DNA of 64,000 nucleotides from the NCBI GenBank assembly GCA_964533615.1, contig CAZHMK010000007.1:73653-137652 (forward strand), in the 5' to 3' direction. Origin of the DNA: an uncultured Eubacteriaceae bacterium. GTDB taxonomy: Bacteria > Bacillota > Clostridia > Eubacteriales > UBA1433. Below, piece after piece: positions 10,052 to 18,474 of this stretch. The stretch's first letter is position 1, and the number at the start of each line of letters is the position of its first letter. The notes under the pieces were generated by a model. The model was not told the DNA's origin and ran no database searches. It saw only the letters and a list, made by a program, of their open reading frames with translations. The translations under genes and the position numbers were made by a program.

Positions 10052-10884
10052 TAGATATTCATGCCGCTGAAAATCTCGATCATTTCTCTTCTGAGATTAT
10101 CGGTAATTTCCAGTCTTTGCTTTGGTGGAAGCTCATATACGTCTTTATTAAATAAATAATTTTGTAATTCTATTTCTTTTATTAATAATTTTGTATGAAA
10201 TATATTGGATTGATAAACATTAACGTCTATTGCATCATATTTGGTTAATGTTTTGGCATCAATATAATCTTGAATTGACGTGATATTGTGATCTATAAAA
10301 AATTTTTTTCCTTCTACGTCTCTTGTGAATCCTCGAACCCTATAATCAATAGTTATAATATCAGAATCAAAACTGCCTATAAGATAATCCAATGTATTTA
10401 GAGGAGATACTTCTCCGCATGTAGAAACATCTATATCAACACGAAATGTAGATATAGAATTATCAGGATGATATTCCGGGAATGTGTGCACTGTTACATG
10501 ACTCTTATCTAAATGAGCATGAACAGTATTATTTTTATTAATAGAATATTTGCCTTGATTGCACGATTCATCAATATGTTCGGCAAACAAGGAGCCTTCG
10601 GCTATAAGTATGTTTACAGAGGCGCCTTGAGGCTCATAGTCTTGTTTTGAAATATTTAAAATATGAGCTCCTATCATTTCAGTTACATCACATAAAATTT
10701 TAGTAAGTCTTTCAGAATTATACTGTTCATCAATATATGCAATATAATCTCGTTGCTCACGCTCACTTTTTGCATAGCAAACATCATAAATGTTGAAGCT
10801 AAGAGTTTTTGTGAGGTTGTTAAAGCCATACAATGTCAGCTTTTGATTCAACCCTAACATCACATCCTTTTTTTTAGTTAGCAT
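10048..10884 (-). CDS. speD: S-adenosylmethionine decarboxylase proenzyme (long, E. coli-type)
   Basis: Contains [22 protein letters not shown] and the self-processing site [19 protein letters not shown] overlap with speA. The start could instead be the second ATG at 10860, which is preceded by AAGGA. Confidence 0.85.
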   Translation of the reverse strand: MLTKKKDVMLGLNQKLTLYGFNNLTKTLSFNIYDVCYAKSEREQRDYIAYIDEQYNSERLTKILCDVTEMIGAHILNISKQDYEPQGASVNILIAEGSLFAEHIDESCNQGKYSINKNNTVHAHLDKSHVTVHTFPEYHPDNSISTFRVDIDVSTCGEVSPLNTLDYLIGSFDSDIITIDYRVRGFTRDVEGKKFFIDHNITSIQDYIDAKTLTKYDAIDVNVYQSNIFHTKLLIKEIELQNYLFNKDVYELPPKQRLEITDNLRREMIEIFSGMNIY

Positions 10885-11029
10885 CTATCATACAATTAAA
10901 GTGATTAAAATACAATAAAATTTATTATTTTTAATAAATTTATCACATCTTTATTTTAACAAAAATATATTACATAATTCAAGATAATGTTATTTGCATA
11001 AATTTAATAATTTAAGCAAAAAATAAATA

Positions 11030-11058
11030 TTGACAATTATATTACATTATTATAATAT
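11030..11058 (+). promoter_or_regulatory. Candidate sigma-A promoter of the arsR-like operon
   Basis: TTGACA (11030-11035) followed by TATAAT/TAATAT at a 15-17 nt spacing. Confidence 0.4.
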
Positions 11059-11089
11059 ATTAATATAGTAATATACAAGGGAGCAACGT

Positions 11090-11386
11090 ATGGATTTAGA
11101 AAATAAAAAAGAAATGAAAGAAATGCTGACGCAAAAAGCAGAGCTATTTAAAGCGATTTCACATCCGGTGCGACTTTGCATATTAGCAATTCTTTTCAAA
11201 AATAAAAAAATAAAAGTTACTGATATTCAATGTTGTATTGAAGTTTCCCAATCAACTGTTTCTCAACATTTAGCAAAACTAAAATCAGCGGGTATCATAT
11301 CAGGGCAAAGAGAAGGAACAGAAATTTATTACAGTATCTCAAACAAAGAAGTAGAACAAATTATACAGTCAATTATTACAAAGTAA
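11090..11386 (+). CDS. ArsR/SmtB-family transcriptional regulator
   Basis: Winged-HTH signature (LFKAISHPVRLCIL...SQSTVSQHLAKLKSAGI). Cysteines at positions 30, 48 and 49. Confidence 0.85.
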   Translation: MDLENKKEMKEMLTQKAELFKAISHPVRLCILAILFKNKKIKVTDIQCCIEVSQSTVSQHLAKLKSAGIISGQREGTEIYYSISNKEVEQIIQSIITK

Positions 11387-11409
11387 TTTATCATTAGGAG
11401 GATAAAACA

Positions 11410-13908
11410 ATGAGTAAAAAAGTATTGATCATTGGTGGCGTTGCCGGTGGGGCAAGCACTGCAACAAGGCTAAGAAGGTTAGATGAACATGCACAGATCA
11501 TATTATTTGAACGTGGAAAATACATTTCATATGCAAACTGTGGATTGCCTTATTATATTGGAGATGTTATTAAAGACAGAGAAGCTCTTCTTGTTCAAAA
11601 TCCGGAAAAAATCATCAATAATTTTAATATAGATGTAAGAACGGAAAATGAAGTGCTTTCAATTGATAAGGAAAAGAAAACAGTTAAAGTGAAAGATCTT
11701 CAAAAAGGCGAAGAATATGAAGAAAGCTATGATACTCTTGTTATTTCAACCGGTTCTTCTCCGATCAAGCCTCCGATTGAAGGCATCAATCAAGAAGGGA
11801 TTTTTACACTTTGGACCATACCGGATACCGATAAAATTAAAGCTTATATTGAAGAGAAAAAGCCAAAAAGTGCAGCGGTTATAGGTGGGGGATTTATCGG
11901 ACTTGAAATGTCTGAAAATCTTCATTTGGCAGGCTTAAAAGTAACTGTTATAGAAATGCTTAATCAAGTAATGGCTCCCATAGATTATGAAATGGCGCAA
12001 ATAGTGCAAGAAAATATGGCTATGAACGGAGTGAAATTGAAATTAGGAGACGGTGTAAAGAAATTTGAGCATGCCGACGGAAAAATTTTAATACATCTTC
12101 AGAGCGGGGCAGTCGTTGAAACCGAAATGATCATTCTTTCAATAGGGGTACGAGCAAATAGCGAATTGGCTAAAAATGCAGGGCTTGTCCTCAATGAAAG
12201 AAGCGGTATTGTGGTTAATGAATATATGCAAACATCAGATGCCAATATTTATGCCGTTGGTGACGTGGTGGAAATAGATGAATTTATTGCAAAAGGAAGA
12301 GCAATGATTCCTCTTGCGGGACCCGCAAATAAGCAAGCAAGAATTTGTGCGAATAATATTGTAAGCGAAAATGGAGAGCTGGAAAAATACGAAGGAACAC
12401 AGGGGACATCGGTAGCCAAGATATTTGACCTAACAGTAGGCGCAACCGGTGTTAATGAGAAAATGCTGCAAAGATGGGGTAAAAAATATAATGAAGACTA
12501 TTATACAATCATTATAAATCAAAAATCTCATGGGGGATATTATCCAGGAGCGACATCTATGCAGTTAAAATTAATCTTCGATAAAACAGGTAAGATTTTT
12601 GGCGCTCAAATAGTAGGACAAGATGGGGTAGACAAACGTATTGATACAATTGCTTCCACCATTCGCTTGGGAGGAGATATTTATTCGTTAAAGAAATTAG
12701 AACTTGCCTATGCACCTCCGTATTCATCGGCGAAAGATCCTGTGAATATGCTAGGATTTGTTGCAGAAAATGTTCTAACCGGAAAAGTAAATTTTGTCAA
12801 TTATAATGAAATTGATAAGGATGGCAAATACACAGGCGGCAAAGATTATATTGTGCTTGATGTTGGCGAAGACGCTGAACGAATGGTATTCAGCATTAAT
12901 AACTCGGTGCATATTCCTCTCGGTCAATTAAGAAGCAGATTATCAGAACTTGATAAAAATAAACTCACAATCGTATATTGTGCTATAGGTGTTAGATCAT
13001 ACAATGGAGCAAGAATTTTAATGCAAAGCGGATTTGATAAAGTTAAAGTGTATCCGGGTGGAAGCAGCATGTATAAATCTATTAATTATGAAACTTTGAT
13101 GGATAATACTTTAAAAGCGGAACCGGAAACGGCTAAAAGTCAGGAAATAGATATAAATAATATTAAAGCAAAAATTGTGTTAGACTGCAGCGGCATGCAG
13201 TGTCCGGGACCGATCATGAAAGTATACAGCACAATGAAAGATTTAGAAGACGGCGATATTATACAAGTAATTGACTCCGATTTTGGATTTGCTCGGGACA
13301 TTGAAGCATGGACCAAAAAAACAGGGAATACTTTGTTAAAAGCAGAAAAGCAGAAGAATCAAATAGTAGCTTATGTACAAAAAGGTACAAAAGAAACTCA
13401 AGTACTTGATGATGAAAAAAGCTCAGTAGCAGAAATTCCGGATGGAAAAACAATTATTGTATTCAGCGGTGATTTAGATAAGGTATTGGCTTCGTTTATT
13501 ATAGCTAACGGAGCAGCTTCAATGGGCAGACAAGTAACGATGTTCTTCACATTCTGGGGATTGAATGTTTTAAGGAAAACAAAAAAGCAGCATATTAAAA
13601 AATCATTTATGGAAAAAATGTTTGGTTTCATGATGCCCAGAGGAGTAGATAAATTAAAGATATCAAAATTAAACATGGGCGGAATGGGGACGGCAATGAT
13701 GAAAAAAATAATGAGAGGGAAGAATGTGCATTCTTTGGAAGATTTAATTAAAAATGCATTGGACAACGGAGTAAAAATCATTGCTTGCACAATGTCAATG
13801 GATATTATGGGAATAACAAAAGATGAACTGATAGATGGGGTCGACTTTGCAGGAGTGGGCACGTATCTAGGCGATGCCGAAGAATCAAATGTCAACTTGT
13901 TTATCTAA
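11410..13908 (+). CDS. Four-domain fusion: CoA-disulfide/persulfide reductase (FAD/NAD) - rhodanese - TusA - DsrE-like
   Basis: GGVAGG FAD motif and the CoADR redox Cys (SYANCGLPYY). Rhodanese loop YCAIGVRS. TusA motif LDCSGMQCPGPIMK. DsrE-like C-terminus (IIVFSGDLDKVLASFIIANGAA...ACTMSMD). Confidence 0.8.
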   Translation: MSKKVLIIGGVAGGASTATRLRRLDEHAQIILFERGKYISYANCGLPYYIGDVIKDREALLVQNPEKIINNFNIDVRTENEVLSIDKEKKTVKVKDLQKGEEYEESYDTLVISTGSSPIKPPIEGINQEGIFTLWTIPDTDKIKAYIEEKKPKSAAVIGGGFIGLEMSENLHLAGLKVTVIEMLNQVMAPIDYEMAQIVQENMAMNGVKLKLGDGVKKFEHADGKILIHLQSGAVVETEMIILSIGVRANSELAKNAGLVLNERSGIVVNEYMQTSDANIYAVGDVVEIDEFIAKGRAMIPLAGPANKQARICANNIVSENGELEKYEGTQGTSVAKIFDLTVGATGVNEKMLQRWGKKYNEDYYTIIINQKSHGGYYPGATSMQLKLIFDKTGKIFGAQIVGQDGVDKRIDTIASTIRLGGDIYSLKKLELAYAPPYSSAKDPVNMLGFVAENVLTGKVNFVNYNEIDKDGKYTGGKDYIVLDVGEDAERMVFSINNSVHIPLGQLRSRLSELDKNKLTIVYCAIGVRSYNGARILMQSGFDKVKVYPGGSSMYKSINYETLMDNTLKAEPETAKSQEIDINNIKAKIVLDCSGMQCPGPIMKVYSTMKDLEDGDIIQVIDSDFGFARDIEAWTKKTGNTLLKAEKQKNQIVAYVQKGTKETQVLDDEKSSVAEIPDGKTIIVFSGDLDKVLASFIIANGAASMGRQVTMFFTFWGLNVLRKTKKQHIKKSFMEKMFGFMMPRGVDKLKISKLNMGGMGTAMMKKIMRGKNVHSLEDLIKNALDNGVKIIACTMSMDIMGITKDELIDGVDFAGVGTYLGDAEESNVNLFI

Positions 13909-13911
13909 ATA

Positions 13912-13941
13912 AAATAAGCCCCGATTTATAGGGGCTTATTT
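13912..13941. terminator. Bidirectional rho-independent terminator
   Basis: AAATAAGCCCC-gatttata-GGGGCTTATTT between convergent genes. Confidence 0.8.
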
Positions 13942-14111
13942 TATTTGTTGTTTTTATTATGTTTTCGTTGCTTAACGCATTCGTGTAACAAATATTCAAT
14001 CTGTCCGTTGATTGAGCGAAAATCATCTTCGGCCCATGCTGCCAATTCTTGCCAAAGTGAAGAGGACAGTCGAAGCAATATTTGTTTTCTTTCTTTATCT
14101 CTGTTAGACAT
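13941..14111 (-). CDS. 56-aa ribbon-helix-helix (Arc/CopG/MetJ-type) DNA-binding protein; absent from the supplied ORF track
   Basis: My own hand translation of the minus strand gives MSNRDKERKQILLRLSSSLWQELAAWAEDDFRSINGQIEYLLHECVKQRKHNKNNK*. An AAAGGAAAAG RBS lies 7 nt upstream of the ATG, and the ATG is 20 nt after the SPFH stop. The sequence has a beta-alpha-alpha pattern. Confidence 0.7.
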   Translation of the reverse strand: MSNRDKERKQILLRLSSSLWQELAAWAEDDFRSINGQIEYLLHECVKQRKHNKNNK

Positions 14112-14131
14112 TCACTTTTCCTTTAGTTGAA

Positions 14132-15157
14132 TTAATATAATGAACCACTGTTTACGATCGGTTGTGCATCTTTGTTTCCGCATAATACAACAAGCAAATT
14201 ACTGACCATAGCTGCTTTTCGTTCGTCATCAAGCTGAACGATATCATTCTCGTTAAGCTTTTTGAGTGCCATGTCAACCATCCCAACAGCACCTTCAACA
14301 ATCATTTGTCGTGCATCAATAATAGCTGAAGCCTGTTGCCTTTGGAGCATTACAGCAGCAATTTCCGGTGCATAAGCAAGATGCGTAATCCTTGCTTCGA
14401 GTATTTCTAGGCCTGCGATTTCTACACGAGATTGAATATCGCTTTTAAGTTTCTCTGCGACTTCTTTACTACTGCCGCGCAGTGATTTTTCGTTTTTATC
14501 AATTTCATCGCGATTTATGCTGGAAACATCATACGGATAGGTTCGTACAACATCCCTTAAGGCAGAATCGCATTGTATAGAAAGATACTCTATATAATTG
14601 TCGACATTAAAAGCTGCTTTTGCAGTATTAACGACTTTCCAAATAACAACGATACCGATTATGATAGGATTGCCAAGTTCATCATTTACTTTTTGTTTTT
14701 CATTATTCAGTGTTAAAGTTTTTAATGATATCTTTCTATAATAATTTACTTTTCGATTTTCTGAAGATTTTTTTTCATACTGTGATGTGTCTAAAGACAT
14801 ATGAGCGGGTGTAGAGGGAATTGTAAAATTTACAGATGATACAAAAGGATTGACAAAAAAGAAACCAGGCCCTTTTAATGTTCCATAGTAGTTACCAAAA
14901 AGAGTAAGGACAAGTGCTTCATTGGGTTTTAAAATCTTTAGACCGATAAATATGATGGGGCCTAAGATAAATAGATATAAAGCTCCGATGATTATCAAAA
15001 ATATCCCGCCAGCCATATGATTTTTTGCGTCAATAAAAGCAATTCCTATGGTAAAGATGATGATAGCAATAATCATTAATGCAAGATTAGTAATAAAAAT
15101 AGTCATTCCATTTAAATATTTTGCATTAATTTCTTCTTCTAAAAGTTTTTTCTTCAT
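14132..15157 (-). CDS. SPFH/band-7 (stomatin/prohibitin-like) membrane protein
   Basis: N-terminal TM helices followed by an SPFH core and a coiled region (EARITHLAYAPEIAAVMLQRQQASAIIDARQ). Confidence 0.85.
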   Translation of the reverse strand: MKKKLLEEEINAKYLNGMTIFITNLALMIIAIIIFTIGIAFIDAKNHMAGGIFLIIIGALYLFILGPIIFIGLKILKPNEALVLTLFGNYYGTLKGPGFFFVNPFVSSVNFTIPSTPAHMSLDTSQYEKKSSENRKVNYYRKISLKTLTLNNEKQKVNDELGNPIIIGIVVIWKVVNTAKAAFNVDNYIEYLSIQCDSALRDVVRTYPYDVSSINRDEIDKNEKSLRGSSKEVAEKLKSDIQSRVEIAGLEILEARITHLAYAPEIAAVMLQRQQASAIIDARQMIVEGAVGMVDMALKKLNENDIVQLDDERKAAMVSNLLVVLCGNKDAQPIVNSGSLY

Positions 15158-15204
15158 ATTATTTTATACTCCTGTCAATAAAATGATATTAAAATGATAT
15201 CAAT

Positions 15205-15233
15205 ATTATATTATTTATCATAGATATTGTCAA
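15205..15233 (-). promoter_or_regulatory. Sigma-A promoter of the SPFH-RHH operon
   Basis: On the minus strand: TTGACA, a 17-nt spacer, then TATAAT (forward tgtcaa 15228-15233, attata 15205-15210). The palindrome TGATATCA sits just downstream, near the predicted TSS. Confidence 0.6.
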
Positions 15234-15327
15234 TAATGTTTAATTTTAATTTAAATATTTATAATATTGTATTTAAATAAATAAAGTGTACAATAGAAAT
15301 AAGATATTATTACAAGGAGGGATCTAT

Positions 15328-16029
15328 ATGTCTGAACAAAAGATTAAAATAATAAAAGATGGTCCATATATTGTTTCCGGAAATATTCCTTTATCTGAAA
15401 AAAATATTGTTCCTAAAGGAAAGCATTATGAATATGAAGAAGGCGGGGTTTTACCGCAAGCAGAAGTCTATTCCTTGTGCAGATGTGGCAAATCTAAAAA
15501 TCCTCCTTTTTGTGATGGTACACACGAGTATATCAAATTTGATGGTACTGAAACGGCATCAAGGGAAAAATTTGAGGACAGATTAGTTAGAACGGTTAAA
15601 GGACCCGGACTGGATCTGTTAGATGACGGCAGATGTGCACTTGCGCGTTTTTGCCATAGAGAAAATGGGCATGCGTGGAATCTTACCAAGCAATCAGACG
15701 ATCCTGAGAATAAAAAAGAAGCTATAAGAGGGGCGAGTGAATGTCCCGCAGGAAGAATAGTTGCTGTTGAAAAAAATGGAGAAGTACATGAAGATCAATT
15801 GGAGCCGTCCATTGATATTTTATACGATAAAGAAAAAGGTGTAGTGGGGCCAATATATGTAAAAGGAAATATAAAAATTGAATCTGCTGACGGAACTATA
15901 TATGAAATAAGAAATCGAGTTACCCTTTGCAGATGCGGACAATCGGAAAACAAACCATTTTGCGATGCGCGGCATTTAGGTAAGGAGGAATACGAAAGAA
16001 TCTTTTTAAAAGATAGAACAAAAAAATAA
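15328..16029 (+). CDS. CDGSH iron-sulfur domain protein (two CDGSH motifs)
   Basis: CRCGKSKNPPFCDGTH and CRCGQSENKPFCDARH. The ATG at 15328 is preferred because AGGAGGG lies 8 nt upstream. Confidence 0.85.
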   Translation: MSEQKIKIIKDGPYIVSGNIPLSEKNIVPKGKHYEYEEGGVLPQAEVYSLCRCGKSKNPPFCDGTHEYIKFDGTETASREKFEDRLVRTVKGPGLDLLDDGRCALARFCHRENGHAWNLTKQSDDPENKKEAIRGASECPAGRIVAVEKNGEVHEDQLEPSIDILYDKEKGVVGPIYVKGNIKIESADGTIYEIRNRVTLCRCGQSENKPFCDARHLGKEEYERIFLKDRTKK

Positions 16030-16057
16030 AAAATGCCGATTATAATCGGCATTTTTT
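16028..16057. terminator. Bidirectional terminator
   Basis: AAAAATGCCGATT-at-AATCGGCATTTTTT. Confidence 0.75.
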
Positions 16058-16060
16058 ATT

Positions 16061-17203
16061 TTAGGCAAAGGTGCCTAAAAACATTGCTGTAGCGATGCCT
16101 AAATAATTACCAATGGCATAACCCGATATTCCGCATATCAAGCCTGGGAGAATAACATCTCGTGTCTTTAAAGCATTTGCGACAGGAATTATAAATGCTG
16201 ACCGTAAATGCCTGCTGTTGAAGTGATCAGAGTAATTTTACCATCTATATGGAAAAGCTTTGATAATAACATATGTAATGCAACAGAACCAAACTGTACA
16301 GTGCAAAAGAATAATAAAAGTGTAAAAATTTCTTTATTGATATGAGATAAATCGAAAGACAAACCGATTGCTAGAGAAAACATATAAATTAAATATTGTC
16401 CTATAGAAAATGAATTTGATGTATTGCGTATTTTTTTAATAAAAGATAAACCGATACCGAGGCTTGTGACACCAATCATGATAACAATGGTATTTAATTC
16501 TTGAAAAAAATATAATGAAATTATAACCGATAAACCTAGGCAAGCTATGGCAAGAAGCATAATGAAATATTTTTAAGTATATTCAAAAATGAAAATGGCT
16601 GTTTAGTTGGAATGAATTCTGATGTTAAATGATTAATCAAATCATTATCTGTTGAATAAGTATAATTAGCGCTCGGCAAAAACCTATCAACTAATTTGGG
16701 CATTATTGAGATCAATAAGAAAAAATATAGTCCTCCTATAATAAGATCAACCGTATTTGTGATGACAATACTATTTTCATTGATTCCAAGAGCGATGCCG
16801 ATTGCCATTAAGTTTGGAGTACCCCCGGTGTATAAGCCAACAAGCATACCACTTATTTTATTTGCAGCATTAACATTCTCATGAAATAAGGCGAAACCAA
16901 TAATAGACATTATAAATACGGAGATTAGTATGAGTATAAAAGAAAGAAAAATTGGTTTGGCTAATTTTTTAATGCTTAAAAAATTAGAATTAAATAGTAT
17001 TAAAGGAATTGCTATAGGAACTAAAATTTCAGATAAAGTCATAGCAAAAGAAGTATTTTTAAATAAAACTTAAGAAAAAACTAGAAGAATAACATAAAAA
17101 TACTGGGCCTAATAAGTTCAAATTTAAATTTGTTTGATAATAATATCATTACGCAATGAGGAATAAGTAAGATAGTGAGAATAATTAGAATATCTAGCAA
17201 CAT
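16061..17203 (-). pseudogene. Polytopic membrane protein gene (DUF819-like; family call tentative) broken into at least 4 frame segments
   Basis: Four colinear pieces on the minus strand. (1) 17203 onward: MLLDILIILTILLIPHCVMILLSNKFKFELIRPSIFMLFF*. (2) The 17042..16545 ORF. (3) The 16560..16189 ORF, ending ...TSTAGIYGQHL*. (4) A third frame continuing AFIIPVANALKTRDVILPGLICGISGYAIGNYLGIATAMFLGTFA*, stopping at 16061. Confidence 0.7.
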
Positions 17204-17483
17204 ATGCAGGTTTCCTTGTTTTGATTAATGTCACTTTTAATCATATAGTATTGTTAAATGAAATGTCAAGCCTAGAAGTGTTCTTTAGAATCCATGTGCC
17301 ATTCTATTATTTCCTTTATATGAATCTGTAAAATTTATCTAACCATTAAAATATACTGTCAAGCTAAGGTGTTAACTTAATTTTAATACTAAATAAAATT
17401 TAATTAATATTTTTATCAGTTTGATTAACAAACACTGAGATAAAAGAATATTATGGATTAGATTTATATAAAAGGAGTTAACT

Positions 17484-18440
17484 ATGTACAGCGAATTTTT
17501 TATGAGTAGTATAAGTTTAGCAACTGTATATTTTATAAATAATTATTTAGGGCTCATACTGGCAGTGGTAGCCGTTGTTTTAATATTTATTATTTTAATA
17601 ATGAATAAAATACGATATGAGAGAAACAAGGATCTGTCTTTGATGGAATCTATAGAGAAAGCTGGATATTTGTATGACGAGCCACAAGATATATTTTATT
17701 CGACGCTGGATGCCTGGCAAAAAAAATACGGATATTGTCAATTATATGATGAAGCATCTGCACCTTTAAGCATGATTGTGGATTGTGAGCCTATTTATTT
17801 TGAATATGATGATAAAGATTGGCTGATTGAATTTTGGAAGGGCCAATATGGTATAACAACCGGATGTGAAGTGGGTGTGTATAATTCCAGCGGGTTAAAC
17901 TTGAATATCCCAGGTATTTTCAATGGAAAATTCTTTAAAGCTGCAGATGAGGAAGATCAACTAGAAATATCTTATGACTTAATTAAAAATAAAAATATTC
18001 TTTTTGAAAGAGAAGGAAAACATTGGTGGTTAACTGGCTTTAGGCTTGGAGAATTTTCAGAAACCTATGAATTAAGTATGAATATAAAGATTACATTAAA
18101 AGACAGCTTGATGTGTACAATTTTTGTAGAGGCGCTGAAAGATAAAGGATATAAAGATCATGAACTCAGAGTAAAAAATAATACAGTATGGTTTGTATTC
18201 GACAAGCCATATTCGCAGCAGCCTATTTCTCGAACAGAATCTATTGAGTGGGCAATGCAAACAAAAAATCAGATTTTATGCGAACAATATCTTGATATTA
18301 CAAAAGGACATATAAATATCGTTGATAAGCTGAATGCAATTAAGAAGTCTGCGCCTGAAATATATTATTTAATTTTGCATATGGGTAAATCAGAACAAAT
18401 CTTTAAAGGATATGATTTGATTGAAGATTATATAAAATAG
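17484..18440 (+). CDS. Membrane-anchored protein of unknown function (DUF4474-like; assignment from memory)
   Basis: An N-terminal TM helix followed by a conserved-looking soluble domain (YGYCQLYDEASAPLSMIVDCEPIYFEYDDKDWLIEFWKGQYG). AAAGGAG RBS. Confidence 0.5.
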   Translation: MYSEFFMSSISLATVYFINNYLGLILAVVAVVLIFIILIMNKIRYERNKDLSLMESIEKAGYLYDEPQDIFYSTLDAWQKKYGYCQLYDEASAPLSMIVDCEPIYFEYDDKDWLIEFWKGQYGITTGCEVGVYNSSGLNLNIPGIFNGKFFKAADEEDQLEISYDLIKNKNILFEREGKHWWLTGFRLGEFSETYELSMNIKITLKDSLMCTIFVEALKDKGYKDHELRVKNNTVWFVFDKPYSQQPISRTESIEWAMQTKNQILCEQYLDITKGHINIVDKLNAIKKSAPEIYYLILHMGKSEQIFKGYDLIEDYIK

Positions 18441-18474
18441 TATTAATAAACGCAATGATAGATTGGAGGCTAAT

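Noticed and set aside
11056-11067. AT-only palindrome TATATTAATATA in the arsR promoter region, as a possible ArsR operator
   Set aside because: Pure A/T palindromes of this length are common by chance here. It also overlaps the -10 region, so it cannot be distinguished from promoter sequence.
13945-14130. Listed 61-aa plus-strand ORF (MLFLLCFRCLTHSCNKYS...)
   Set aside because: It has no RBS and a low-complexity, Cys/Ser-rich sequence. It lies exactly antisense to a well-formed 56-aa RHH ORF that has its own RBS, so it is most likely a shadow ORF.
17437-17449. 13-nt exact repeat CACTGAGATAAAA, also found at 30235-30247
   Set aside because: In a 64-kb sequence of about 70% AT, many 13-mer coincidences are expected. 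There is no flanking similarity.
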